From the NCBI GenBank assembly GCA_002633005.1, contig NMRA01000017.1, forward strand, positions 1,090,737 to 1,154,736: 64,000 nt of DNA. The letters are read 5' to 3'. The notes under the pieces are model-generated. The model made no database searches. It saw only the letters and a list, made by a program, of their open reading frames with translations, and had not been told where the DNA came from. Shown in pieces: positions 48,001-55,868 of this stretch; position 1 is the stretch's first letter; each line of letters opens with the position of its first letter. The DNA is from Phoronis australis. Its lineage: Eukaryota > Animalia > Phoronida. Both the position numbers and the translations under genes were made by a program.

Positions 48001-50680
48001 TATTTGTAGCAGCACAGTTGTTTATTTGAAAAGTCAAAAAATCAACTATCAAATATCTGAAAAATTACAATTATATTTTCATGTAATATCATCACAGATT
48101 GTTTTCATTTTTTTCTTAATTTTGGTGAACTCTTCATGATGCTGTACATGAGATGTAGACTGTGTGTGTGATCATGGTTTCACACATGGTTGGATGTTTG
48201 CATACTTCATGCATGCATGTTTAGACAATGTATCTATAATGAAAACATGCTTGACTGGGTTAATGCTATACCTAGTTACTACATTGTATCTATTGGTAGC
48301 ATTCTTGCATGTATGCAACCAATTACAAACAAATCTGCTGTCAGAGATTCGTAAAAAGTTTACTTCCGGGTTTTTTATATTTTGTTTTGGCATTATTTTA
48401 GGAGCGTACCCTGCGTCATTGACACATGAGGCATTGTGATTGATTAACTTGGGCCAACGGGTGCAGTGAACTTGTGTCACTGTTACACCTTATTTTGTCT
48501 TGAATAACACGCATTACATTCTCAGTTTCTAACACAATGCTAGTACAGAACAGCTGATCAAAACAACAATGTTAGTCATGTGGGGTTAGTATGTGTTGAA
48601 AATGCAAATCCCAGCTGCGGATTTATGCGTTTGAGCGAATTGAAATGCGGTTTGCCATCTAGACCAATCACTAGTTGCTGGTTCATGTAACGAGGTAGCA
48701 GATGAAATCGCACATGCCACCCCCCAAAAGTGGAATTGAAATGGTCACTAAATATGAATATGTTTCAAACAGAATAGTTCCTCCAGTTTGTCCCTTAGAT
48801 TTGAGACCATGTGGATCCATTGATCCTTCACCATGCTTTTCTAAAATGATTCCACCTGTTGTTTCGTAGCAAGCCGAGCAGCTTTACAATACCATGCTGC
48901 GCAAGTTCCGTCAACATCGCGACGTCTGGATTCAGTATGGCAGGTTTTTGTTCCAACAGTTGAGGGCAGATGCAGGTCGCACTCTGATGCAGAGGTCGCT
49001 TAAGAGTCTAGACTGGAAGCAGCGTAAGTTACTCTTGATATTTTGTGATTGACTGAAAGAATGTTATAATGTCTTAACATTATATGGAGTGCTTTTATTT
49101 CTGATCTTGCACAACTACCTATTTAAGCCTGTGTGAAGCTATGTGAAACACTAGAGGAAAAATTAGGAAGCAACTTCGTCAAAATGGGGTTTGAGTAATA
49201 TTTGACTTGTCTTTTACAGAACAGCAGATGTCAACATGTAGTCAATTCAACATTAACTATTCAAATGAAATATGTTATGTACCCACAGCTAACTCCAAAT
49301 TTAAGGTTATGCAAGACCTTATCGACAGGGCTGTGTGCTTAGGCAAATATCTACAAGATTTTAACTCGGTAAAAGTTCATATTTTCTGATAATAAAAATC
49401 ATTATCAAAACAATGATAGCAATAACATAACCATAAAATATTCATGGTGTAATCTCAAAAACACTTACAGTTTTCTGAGAGACCGTTAATATGCAAATTT
49501 TGATCTTTTTTGTAGATATGGTAAAAATCCTTTTTTGTTAGTCCTTCTTTCAAAAATGGAAAAATCTTAAAAACAATTGGTAACAGTTTTTGGGAGAGTA
49601 GTGAATGAAAGGTGACATTTGAAAATTTCCTGTCAGTTAGATCAGCCATTGCTAAGATGTCATTTCTCGTAGTTAGCCAAATTTGGACATTTTCTTGGGT
49701 CTTACATAACATGCCCGTATAAAAGAGGAAGTCGCCAGGAACTACGTAAAAGTGAGTCATAGGCGCATGCATCTACCCGCGAAACACTTGTGTCAACAAA
49801 TTCTTCGGAAAAGTGAATTATTTGGGGAAAAGGAGCACATACTTAAATACGTTCATATGTGATAACAGCAACAGTGTCACTACTCTCCCACAAGTACAAT
49901 ACTTAACTGTAACAAGGCACTGGATATCATTTTTCTCTTCAGTTTCAAAAAAGTTGTCACAGTCTGTATTTTTGTTTGTTTCCTGGTTTCTTCACAGATC
50001 TAGATGTGATTACCAAGTTTGCTCAACTCGAGTTCAAGTACGGTGAGGTGGAGAGAGGCAAGACTATGTTTGATAATGTCCTTAGTAATTACACCAAACG
50101 GATTGACATCTGGTCGGTTTACATCGACTTAGTGGTCAAGGCAGGTGAAATTCACACAGCAAGGTGGGTAGTCTTTTCTTTCCTTGAAATTGCAACATGT
50201 GACATGGAGAGTTTGTACATTCGCCTGTTGATGAAAGTCGTTAGTGATTAACTAGTCAAGAATTGTCTGCTGTCAGGATGTAAATGCTGTTTCAGATTAC
50301 ACCAAGTTCGTCATAATAAAATGAATTCTTCTTTTGTATGAATTATGTTGCCAATTTAGTTGGGCACCCGATGTTCACCCAATACAAGATAGTAATGTTA
50401 TCTTAACATCGAGCTTCTTAAACACTTAAACGCTTGTTTTACAAAACTGGGTCGTTTCTGTTATCAGTTACCTTTGGCAGATATTTACTCTCTTCTGAGC
50501 TGCAATTATGTCCGTTTCAGGCAATTGTTTGAAAAGGTGACAAATGTCGGATTAAATGAGAAGAAGATGAAAGTCATTTTCAAGAAATACATGGACTTTG
50601 AAGAAAAACATGGCGATGAAGAGACCACTAATATAGTGAGACAAAAGGCCATAGAGTATGTAGAGTCTCGGATCAAGTGA
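5998..50680 (+). CDS. PDCD11: Protein RRP5 homolog / PDCD11 (tandem S1 domains, acidic linker, C-terminal HAT/TPR repeats); 40 coding exons, 5385 nt, 1794 aa
   Basis: N-terminal DFPRGG motif, repeated S1-domain motifs ([40 protein letters not shown]) and C-terminal HAT region ([53 protein letters not shown]). All 39 introns are GT-AG with matching phases, including across both assembly gaps. Confidence 0.95.
6728..6889 (+). CDS. PDCD11: RRP5 coding exon 2
   Basis: [14 protein letters not shown]...[29 protein letters not shown]; ttttcag/GTAAGA; basic NLS-like. Confidence 0.85.
7513..7692 (+). CDS. PDCD11: RRP5 coding exon 3
   Basis: [37 protein letters not shown]; S1 domain 1. Confidence 0.9.
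8295..8447 (+). CDS. PDCD11: RRP5 coding exon 4
   Basis: [19 protein letters not shown]...INPSDVNQG...LKNGM; AG/GT. Confidence 0.9.
9207..9330 (+). CDS. PDCD11: RRP5 coding exon 5
   Basis: [27 protein letters not shown]; AG/GT, ends phase 1. Confidence 0.9.
9593..9667 (-). pseudogene. tRNA-like sequence in the left arm of the palindrome
   Basis: Reverse complement ggttccgatgtctcagtggttagagcatctgcatggttagcagaaggtcctgggtttgattcccagtcagaggcc is a diverged copy of 9753-9826. Confidence 0.6.
9753..9826 (+). pseudogene. tRNA-like sequence in the right arm of the palindrome (GGT at the anticodon position, non-canonical loop)
   Basis: GTCCTGA-TG-GCTCAGTGGTTAGAGT-G-TCTGC-ACGGTTA-GCAGA-AGGTC-CTGGG-TTCTAGT-CCCGG-TCAGGTG folds as a cloverleaf with A and B boxes; mismatched acceptor end. 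Confidence 0.65.
10507..11004. mobile_element. MITE with ~70-bp TIRs
   Basis: accagcctcgtccccaagcctcaagatgacgctgattggtttaacca mirrors tggctaaaccgatcagcgccttcttgaggcttggtgacgaggctggt; ttgatac at 10502-10508 and 11005-11011 may be a target-site duplication. Confidence 0.75.
11090..11611. other. Assembly gap (N run)
   Basis: Run of N. Confidence 1.
12360..12599 (+). mobile_element. tRNA-derived SINE, copy 1
   Basis: A box tggcctagagtgg, B box ggtttgagtcc, central acccttgagtcagg block, T/ATT-rich tail; homologous to 21821-22053. Confidence 0.75.
12632..12747 (+). CDS. PDCD11: RRP5 coding exon 6
   Basis: [17 protein letters not shown]...KKAE; starts phase 1. Confidence 0.85.
13342..13413 (+). 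CDS. PDCD11: RRP5 coding exon 7
   Basis: [24 protein letters not shown]; AG/GT. Confidence 0.85.
14128..14229 (+). CDS. PDCD11: RRP5 coding exon 8
   Basis: [22 protein letters not shown]...QQQK; AG/GT. Confidence 0.85.
14270..15755 (+). mobile_element. Helentron/DINE-1-like non-autonomous element with internal tandem array, copy 1
   Basis: 5' tttttatgtgcccacatatttatatgtggatgcat (subTIR plus inverted repeat), TCCR microsatellite, ~145-bp internal repeats, 3' gtgggcgc plus caacgc-tct-gcgttg hairpin plus ctcttgtt. Confidence 0.8.
16019..16222 (+). CDS. PDCD11: RRP5 coding exon 9
   Basis: [23 protein letters not shown]...[15 protein letters not shown]; GTAAGT donor opens the TLR-containing intron. 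Confidence 0.85.
17322..17483. repeat. 162-bp palindromic element downstream of the TLR stop codon
   Basis: aaatacagaaacgt...atcccac...tatcgacc-tcgacttttcggtctc-ggtcgata...gtgggat...acgctttgtgtattt. Confidence 0.75.
17736..20420 (-). CDS. Toll-like receptor with an uninterrupted CDS (signal peptide, ~20 LRRs, LRRCT, TM, TIR), nested antisense in RRP5 intron 9
   Basis: 906-codon ORF 17736-20456; likely start is [18 protein letters not shown] at 20420 (signal peptide). LxxLxLxxN repeats, [47 protein letters not shown] box 1 YDAFVCY, box 2 [11 protein letters not shown], box 3 FWKKLKLAL. Confidence 0.95.
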   Translation of the reverse strand: MIFLLVAVLSLCHTAVSGPAQHGCQDQCATIFQVANQQTFQRTYLNYTDMVTSLPDNITSLTLSTRCRTPQLRPRSLQRFTRLTKLSLTLCDLHVHIRDHEFHGLNSLEELTLDFLPTNRWGFYVTVLSTAFDASPKLKRLEILPHTKLKYSNLQRINPVAILWRLPNLEHFTLSTYAYQKSIYIRSGQLFKSIQSLNFSNNRWTMMPCLPTFPHLKILNVSQNNMKSIELTEGCLNSKNISIDFSYNPILNLIPQDLELYCTLDIVGLDFSETYLTDINQTSFNCFANNKTEVSHLKIGRKVRTFEYKPNFFRNLFGSLKNVWISKLTLFGKDITLVKEDFLLMNIPSLRELVLKNAAIENIPPYGFSKLKTLKTLELTHCHIQSDQHPFDDLTNLETLVLTGVQLDGNALHNILNSLAQLPSLTTLRMNDMARWPLSKGQFYLPVITKLRYLDISDNKLHRKTRLLMNFGKQLETLLMNNVSCADDDSLKHPCIRYTIPTSVKRLEMRKCATCMDTLSVLKFKQPLVNLVQFDTSHNPNFDVNLLIKIYMPNIKILKLSNNDIQQIDTNIFEMMPQLEFFDLSFNKLQQVSKDTFIKLTALRLLRLNDNSISYIDSRNFENLHQLEVLSLQNNKFHCNCELRGLRDWLKRHSRKEISRENCSYPPNLKTESIANYSHKWIDCDGNRYIVISLSGIVTLLVILLTILTSYYRLDLKYWYYFKCRHRHIPSHSSLTYDAFVCYNVDDITWVKDHLQPQLEEGSGCAFKLCLHHRDFTAGEWIKDNIINSINGSRSIIFVMTKKYMNSEWGQFELEMALMRMLEVKRQVIVMVMLEKIPNKQLKPKLKCFINHVTYIEWPCEKDCKRNIDQFWKKLKLALLSQRQESGVVIKLPT
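21190..21300 (-). other. Probable 5' UTR exon of the TLR
   Basis: Minus-strand AAG|GTGAGA donor at 21189 and acceptor candidates (tttttgtaacag at 20486, ttatcgttacag at 20442) just upstream of the ATG; 5' end unknown. Confidence 0.35.
21821..22053 (+). mobile_element. tRNA-derived SINE, copy 2
   Basis: gaggcagtgtggcc...ggttcgagtcccac...acccttgagccaggtttctagctcctcagctcgg...gcgcacgtctggtacaacgtgt, shared with 12360-12599. Confidence 0.75.
22211..22284 (+). CDS. PDCD11: RRP5 coding exon 10
   Basis: [24 protein letters not shown]; ttccttcag acceptor, ends phase 2. Confidence 0.85.
22651..23890 (+). mobile_element. Helentron/DINE-1-like element, copy 2 (spans an assembly gap)
   Basis: Same 5' end, (GTCC)n running into the gap, same internal repeats, 3' gtgggcgcatttcaacgctctgcgttgctcttgtt. 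Confidence 0.8.
22722..23258. other. Assembly gap (N run) inside the repeat
   Basis: Run of N starting at the (GTCC)n microsatellite. Confidence 1.
24334..24576. repeat. hAT-like MITE fragment, homologous to 25884-26134
   Basis: Shared cttttaagag...cacaagcctat...cacctggaaa...ttgtcattggtcatt.caagccctg. Confidence 0.6.
24729..24785 (+). CDS. PDCD11: RRP5 coding exon 11
   Basis: [18 protein letters not shown]; phase 2/2. Confidence 0.85.
25884..26134. mobile_element. hAT-like MITE
   Basis: TIRs caggacttggaat / attccaagccctg (CAGGG-type hAT ends); second copy at ~24334-24576. Confidence 0.6.
26158..26536. mobile_element. MITE
   Basis: ccagttgtgtgaaacagtcccaaatagggactc mirrors gagttcctgtttgggactgtttcatccaactgg. 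Confidence 0.6.
27351..27411 (+). CDS. PDCD11: RRP5 coding exon 12
   Basis: [20 protein letters not shown]; phase 2/0. Confidence 0.85.
27993..28139 (+). CDS. PDCD11: RRP5 coding exon 13
   Basis: [40 protein letters not shown]. Confidence 0.9.
29238..29417 (+). CDS. PDCD11: RRP5 coding exon 14
   Basis: [20 protein letters not shown]...VVFYNNVK. Confidence 0.9.
29852..30105. mobile_element. MITE / imperfect palindrome
   Basis: atgggcccattccaagaaactgactta mirrors taagtcagttttcttggactaggcccat. Confidence 0.6.
30251..30354 (+). repeat. 41-bp tandem repeat (~2.5 copies) spanning the exon 15 splice acceptor
   Basis: ttgtgtcatggctgggactgggttacgttatcgttgacctc / ttgtgtcgtggctaggactgggtaacgttatcattgacctc / ttgtgttgtgactagggctggg. 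Confidence 0.8.
30348..30482 (+). CDS. PDCD11: RRP5 coding exon 15
   Basis: [30 protein letters not shown]...LTLSFR. Confidence 0.9.
30861..30933. repeat. 33-bp tandem duplication
   Basis: atgacacgtcatcactaagtatct..ataacta x2. Confidence 0.7.
30990..31055 (+). CDS. PDCD11: RRP5 coding exon 16
   Basis: [22 protein letters not shown]; ttcctcag/GT. Confidence 0.8.
31930..32196 (+). CDS. PDCD11: RRP5 coding exon 17
   Basis: FTNCTVVGK...[10 protein letters not shown]...FDQLK; ends phase 0. Confidence 0.9.
32273..32700 (+). mobile_element. Two direct copies of a hAT-like terminal fragment flanking the captured exon
   Basis: caagacttggaatt...cgcggatttccgctttttt...gccatgaaattatcgc (32273-32384) and caaggtttggaatt...cgcggatttccgctttttt...gccataaaattattgc (from 32595). 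Confidence 0.6.
32384..32594 (+). repeat. Intragenic copy of the 3' half of RRP5 exon 2 plus 129 nt of intron 2 (source 6807-7018)
   Basis: ctaagaagcggagact.cagtctggtaaagatgactctgatgcacacactgac...gcaaaacaagtaagaaaa...gatgataat is near-identical at both sites. Confidence 0.95.
33382..33477 (+). CDS. PDCD11: RRP5 coding exon 18
   Basis: [32 protein letters not shown]. Confidence 0.9.
33620..33839 (+). CDS. PDCD11: RRP5 coding exon 19
   Basis: [43 protein letters not shown]. Confidence 0.9.
34572..34706 (+). CDS. PDCD11: RRP5 coding exon 20
   Basis: [26 protein letters not shown]; phase 1/1. Confidence 0.85.
35110..35580. repeat. Diverged interspersed repeat, second copy at ~40950-41385
   Basis: Shared blocks atgaaaattt, ttttatgattttc..aaaaaact, gaaaatgaaat, gatac.attgttt, tgtaccttaatt, ttttgtaga; boundaries approximate. 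Confidence 0.5.
35657..35793 (+). CDS. PDCD11: RRP5 coding exon 21
   Basis: [27 protein letters not shown]; phase 1/0. Confidence 0.85.
36504..36617 (+). CDS. PDCD11: RRP5 coding exon 22
   Basis: [23 protein letters not shown]...LAYLPAKK. Confidence 0.85.
37371..37438 (+). CDS. PDCD11: RRP5 coding exon 23
   Basis: [22 protein letters not shown] (conserved HLND). Confidence 0.85.
37890..38012 (+). CDS. PDCD11: RRP5 coding exon 24
   Basis: [11 protein letters not shown]...[13 protein letters not shown]; phase 2/2. Confidence 0.8.
38462..38555 (+). CDS. PDCD11: RRP5 coding exon 25
   Basis: [31 protein letters not shown]. Confidence 0.85.
38872..39205. mobile_element. Palindromic Penelope-like retroelement remnant with paired hammerhead-like motifs and a 14-bp TSD
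   Basis: Inverted repeat 38905-39206 with a ~30-nt loop; acagtaagttttgt at 38858-38871 and 39206-39219; motif tcgacaaa-gacctggt-gg-accaggtc-gaaa in the right arm, mirrored in the left. Confidence 0.65.
39342..39424 (+). CDS. PDCD11: RRP5 coding exon 26
   Basis: [27 protein letters not shown]. Confidence 0.85.
39694..39847 (+). CDS. PDCD11: RRP5 coding exon 27
   Basis: [23 protein letters not shown]...[10 protein letters not shown]. Confidence 0.85.
40648..40731 (+). CDS. PDCD11: RRP5 coding exon 28
   Basis: [28 protein letters not shown]. Confidence 0.85.
41464..41563 (+). CDS. PDCD11: RRP5 coding exon 29
   Basis: [19 protein letters not shown]...LEASLI; ends phase 1. Confidence 0.85.
41839..42076 (+). 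CDS. PDCD11: RRP5 coding exon 30
   Basis: [31 protein letters not shown]...LSLRQS. Confidence 0.9.
42707..42823 (+). CDS. PDCD11: RRP5 coding exon 31
   Basis: [12 protein letters not shown]...[15 protein letters not shown]. Confidence 0.9.
43379..43492 (+). CDS. PDCD11: RRP5 coding exon 32
   Basis: [21 protein letters not shown]...[12 protein letters not shown]. Confidence 0.9.
44135..44405 (+). CDS. PDCD11: RRP5 coding exon 33
   Basis: [18 protein letters not shown]...EEGDSGVE...EDEDEGK (acidic linker). Confidence 0.9.
44693..44758. repeat. Tandem duplication, ~34-bp unit
   Basis: ccattgtgataacatgag.attagtgagaact x2. Confidence 0.7.
45115..45243 (+). CDS. PDCD11: RRP5 coding exon 34
   Basis: [21 protein letters not shown]...[11 protein letters not shown]. 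Confidence 0.85.
45383..45789. mobile_element. Decayed pogo/Tigger-like MITE
   Basis: gttgaatcgcgatacaacgaaccc...tataac motifs...gattgtaccaaagttcgtctg resemble CAGTCGAACCTCG.TA.AACGAA-type ends. Confidence 0.4.
46559..46630 (+). CDS. PDCD11: RRP5 coding exon 35
   Basis: [24 protein letters not shown]. Confidence 0.85.
47019..47203 (+). CDS. PDCD11: RRP5 coding exon 36
   Basis: [29 protein letters not shown]...[11 protein letters not shown]. Confidence 0.95.
47711..47879 (+). CDS. PDCD11: RRP5 coding exon 37
   Basis: [20 protein letters not shown]...VFDRAVQ. Confidence 0.95.
48870..49023 (+). CDS. PDCD11: RRP5 coding exon 38
   Basis: [27 protein letters not shown]...LMQRSLKSL. Confidence 0.9.
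49998..50163 (+). CDS. PDCD11: RRP5 coding exon 39
   Basis: [43 protein letters not shown]. Confidence 0.95.
50521..50680 (+). CDS. PDCD11: RRP5 coding exon 40 (terminal)
   Basis: QLFEKV...[19 protein letters not shown]...[14 protein letters not shown]. Confidence 0.95.
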
Positions 50681-51157
50681 GACTAGTGATAGATGGCGAT
50701 ATTAGCTTTTAAACTAGTGATACATGAATAGGAAAGTCCAAATCATTAGGAAGCTAATCTCAGGAGTAGAAGCCATATGTTGTCCCATAAGTCTTGAAAC
50801 ATCCTGGTGAAACATTATCCACCTGGGTTCTGATAGAGTTTGGAATATTTGAATAACAAAGTATTTTACCTTCAGCATTTGAAATGTGTGTAGGCTTGAC
50901 AGATACAGACATGAGTAGGGTGAAAATTCTTTAACTTGGGCTCATAATTGTTAAGTTCTTCAACTAAGTTGGCATTGTAGTGTGTATGGCAAATATGTCA
51001 CCAGAGAACATTTGGTGAAATTTTGAGTATTTGCTCTGTAGTAAGCCTTTGACGATAGAAAATGTAATTTTAGCAATTTTCTTTGTGATGCAAAAAAATT
51101 TTTACCATATTTCAGATTGACATTTGCATACTTAAGTCTTATTCCTATGAATATGTC

Positions 51158-51163
51158 AATAAA
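51158..51163 (+). terminator. Candidate polyadenylation signal of RRP5
   Basis: First AATAAA I found after the stop codon, ~480 nt downstream. Confidence 0.45.
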
Positions 51164-54143
51164 CAGGTTCAAATTACAAATTACTGCAAATATGTGAATA
51201 CATGGTGAATTTTAAGTTGGTTATTGTTTTTAAATTACTAAATGGACACTCATTAAAATGTTACTTTGATGTCAGAAAAATTCTATTACAAATTTCAGAC
51301 TGCAGAACGGTCATTTTACTTCTGTTAAGCATAATTATCATATTTCGAAAATACACGGGAAATTTGTCACATGATTATTCCGTCACCAGAAGCCTTCAAT
51401 GCGTCAGATGGTTATTGTTGACTGTCACATTACATTCTTCAGTAATGGATCAGTCGAAATACAATCCTCTGATCGTCATCTATTGGGTCTGTGTTCTTCA
51501 CATTAATCCTCGTCAGAATCTTCCAATAATGTAGTGGTTTTATCAACATATAGCAAATATTCATTCGAAATTGTCTACCTTTGTATTGTCTGTTTGACTC
51601 ATCCAACATGTCGGCCAGCTGAGCTAATCATGGGTAAAATAGGAGAGATAAGTCTCTTTTAATTTCAAACTGTAGATTTCATTCCAACACCCAATAAGAA
51701 AAAGTAGATTTTGAAAGTCTTAATTAATCTTTGGGTTATTTATGATATAAGTTCACTTATCTGCCTTCTTAATTGTTTGCATTCACTACACTTGCAAACA
51801 GTGAACAGTACAGGTAACAATCATGTTTTCAAATAGGGAAGTCTGTAGAGCCATAATGTGCAAGACATACAAACAATAGGTAACCATAGCTGTCCGTCTG
51901 GTTAACATTCAGTGAATAGTGAACTTGGTTTTCTTTTGTTGTCGATGATTCTGTTGCGAAATTTTTTTTCTGTGGTTTTCTGAGATAATAGTCTTGAGAG
52001 GCTACTGTAATTTAGACATGGGACTCAGTACCAGGGTTTCGTAGATAAGCCGTGGGCGTATATTCGGAAATTGAAAATTTTCAGGCATTTCAATAACACC
52101 TGAAAATAAAAGCCTGGGCATTTATGGGAAAGGGGAGGGCGTGTAAACAAAAAGTCATAGCCTCTTCTGATATGAAAATATTTTTTTGCATAAAACTTTT
52201 TTTTAAATTTTGATTTTAAGTTAATTAATACATAGTTCAACACTTTCTTCATTTTTATAAATGGTGAATGCTCAACAAAACTGAATTTGTGGCTAAAAGT
52301 TGATGCTTAGTGGGCTTATAAGAGGACATTTTATGAATAAACGTCCCACCACCTGGACACTTGACACCAGAACTGAGTTGCAACACCAAATAAACCCTCA
52401 TATGTGTTTATTCGGCATAATTTTCGGAATAGTTTTCTACTGGTGAATTTAAAAGTCTGGTCTGAAACCCGTGACTACTACTTTGACAAAAGTAATGCCT
52501 TGCCATTTGCATGTAGAGTTATGGTTCTTATTTTTAAATCTTATTTTTAAAAATGACCTAATTTTCATAGAGTGAAGGTCGTCCTCGTGAAACGCTATAG
52601 ATTGAACAGAGCATATAGTCTGAATTATTAACTCACAGTAAATTCATTTTATAACTCGCTCCTTTACTGGAAATTAATACTGTCTGAAATTACCGGTCCG
52701 GCCCTGTGTACCCTTCAAGAGTCTAAGTACATGTGTTCAGATCTTGCCGCTATTAATTTCATATATTCGGCTGTTGACAAACGACAAGAATTACCAGGAA
52801 AATGTTTAACTGGACTAAGACCTCCTGAATCAGTGTTGACGATGTAATGATGATGATATCATGTTTATAAACGAGTTTCTCAAATACTTGATGAATATGC
52901 TCACGAAAAACAAATTTTCAATTGGAAGTGGTGAAACTAAATGACGCCTTTGATGCAAAAAGAGACGGTGGCACAGAAAAATCCTTAGTACTTCTGACGT
53001 CACTGGGAAGCCTCTCTAGTTTCGTCATCAAAAAACTGTCATGTTCCTATGAATAACTTCCAGTAAGAATTATTTCAGCTATAAATGTAGCAGTAGAAAC
53101 AACCCGGGTTCATTTTGAGGCGTCTTGATAAATTGATCTCTTGAAAGTGAATTGAGTTAACAAAGGATAACTTTTTAATTGCAATACTGACTATAAGGTG
53201 ACTGCTCCGCTGAGTATACGTGCAACCAGTGACTCGCGTGGGAAGTGAAACTAATTTTGCTTGAGCTTGCTTATCTTGCTGAACTCCAAGATTAGTGTAA
53301 TTCTTGTCGGCCAGTATCACAAGCATTAAGCCCAAGAATATTCGGAGTCTTCTGGAACGGTCTTCTGGCATTTCGACGAAGATGTGTTCTTCGTATAGAA
53401 AAGAGCATAGGAAAGGCTCGACGTTGTCCTCCAGCAGCCCGAAAGTTTGGAGGAGAGGTATGAAACAAGACCGTCTGAAATTAATTTTAGTCTTTTGTCC
53501 ATCAGTTCAAATATTCTCAAATTGGCCGTGTTGCCTTGTAAAATGTGTCGTGCTACATGTTTTTCGTTTTACATTGTCCCGAAAGAAACAAATTTGGAGG
53601 TACTTGCATACGGAACGCGTAGGCAGGTTGTGACGTACCCTAAAATCATTGGTTGTTTTTCAAGTCTTAAAATTTCCTGTAAAATGGTTACTTGATGAGC
53701 TAAGAAGAACACGTGAAATGGTCATTTTCAAATGAACTCTTCAGCGGGACTTCATTTACAAGGTTCACTCGATGTGAGACTGCGCATTTAAATTCCTCCT
53801 AAGTGGTATCAACTCGTCAGTCATACATAGGCCTACAACTTAAAATTAATCATTATAGCGTGATTTGTCTCGCCACTCATAATTGCGCCAGAAGCCTTGA
53901 TACAAGTTCAGTGGACATGCCCTGACCGATTTGAACATAAATTCCACTAATAGGAATTCTCTGCCACTTCTCGAAGATTTCACGGATTGTATTTGCTAGT
54001 GCCACATCTTATGTTCGGATATTTCGTTTGTAACTATTACGCACATGTCAAGTACGGTTGGTTTTGCGATTTTTAGTACAGCCTGGCAGTTGAGTTTCAG
54101 TTTACAAGGTTACCTGAGAATGTTTTGTAAATGTTAGGACTAA

Positions 54144-55868
54144 TTTTTATGCGCCCACATATTTATATGTGGACGCATTATGCCGTCATCTCCGTCCGTC
54201 CGGGCGGCGTCCGTCCGGCGTCCGCTGCTCATCTCCAAAACCCTTTGACTACGTTCATGAAATTTGGAGTATATGTTCCATTCATGAATGGGACGGCATG
54301 AGCGAACTTTCGGACGGATCTCACTACCGGTGTGCCTCCTAGTGCAATTTTAGTTTTTTACGCTTACCTTTGTATCTTTAAAAGTCCTGAACGGATTTTC
54401 ATGAAATTTGGTATGTAGGCACCTATTAGCTAGTGAGGTGACGCTATCCTTCTGTTTTCGGATGGATTCGACGTAGTTTGCGCCATTTGGTGGCCATTTT
54501 TTTACTGATTTCGAGTCTGCTTTTTTGCGTCCACCTCTATCAACCAAACCGCTCAAAATTGTGAAAATTGGCATGTATGTGCTTACTATGTAGAGGACGG
54601 TTGACGATGATTTTCCGACAATTTCGACTACTGTGGCGCCTCCTAGTGGCAGTTTTGTTTTGTTTGCGCCTATGGCTGTATCTCCTAAACCGTTCGCAGG
54701 ATCTTTACAAAATTTAGTATGTATATTTATATGATGTTAACAGCGAACGATGACGACTTTTGGACAGATCCGACTAGCGTGTTCCCTAGTGGCATTTTTT
54801 ACGTTTACCTTTGTATCTTCAAAAGTCCTGAACGGATTTTCATGAAATTTAATATGTAGGCACCTATTAGTGAGGACGCTAACCTCCGGGCCGTTTTCGG
54901 ATGGATTCGACGTAGTTTTCGCCACCTAGTGGCCATTTTTACTGTTTTCGAGTCTATTTTTTTGCGTCCACCCCTCTATTAACCAAACCGCTCAAAGGGT
55001 GATTGTGAAAATTGACATGTATGTGCTTACTATAAAGAGGACGGTTGACAATGATTTTCCGACGATTTCGACTACTGTGGCGTCCCCTAGTGGCAGTTTT
55101 GTTTTTGTTGCGCCTATGGCTGTATCTCCTAAACCGTTCGCAGGATCTTTACTTAATTTAGCAAGTGTATTTATGTGATGTTGACTACGGATGACGACGA
55201 CTTTCAGACAGATCTGACTACTGCTGTGCCCCCAAGTGTCAATTTTAGTTTTTTCATTTAACTCGGTATCTTCAAAGGTCCTCAACAGATTTTCATAAAA
55301 TTTTGAATATAGGCATCTATTGTTGTGATGACGCTATCTCCCTATTTTTGGATGGATTCGAGGTATTTTGCACCACCTAGTGGTCATTTTTGCTGATTTC
55401 AAGTCTTGTTTTTGGTGTCCATCCCTGTATCAACCAAAGCATTTGAAAATTGGCATATATGTTCTCAGTGTGAAGACGACCTTTGATGATGGTGACTGAT
55501 TACTGTTGCGCCTCCTAGTGGTAGTTTTGTTTTGCGCCCATAGTTGTATCTCTTAAACCCACTGCAGGATCTTTACTAAATTTAGTAAGTGTATTTATAT
55601 GAAGATAACAATAGACGACGACTACTTTCAGGCGGATCCAACGGACACTGTGCCCACTAGTGGCAACTCTATTTTATTCTGTTTTCCTTTGTTTCCCTGA
55701 AGTTCCTTGACAGATTTTTATGAAATATGGCATGTTCCTGTTTTTGGATGGATTGTATGTTTTTGCGCCATCTAGTTTCCATTTTTATGATACAAATAAA
55801 CAACCCTAAAAGCATACCATTTGCAATGCATTCGTGGGTGCATTTCAACGCTACGCGTTGCTCTTGTT
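54144..55868 (+). mobile_element. Helentron/DINE-1-like element, copy 3 (most complete)
   Basis: Same termini as copies 1 and 2; about 10 internal subunits of ~140-160 bp arranged as a ~440-bp three-subunit higher-order repeat. Confidence 0.8.

Noticed and set aside
6100-50520. Intronic snoRNAs, often hosted by ribosome biogenesis genes
   Set aside because: Scattered TGATGA/CTGA words, but I found no convincing C/D or H/ACA architecture by eye; needs snoscan/Infernal
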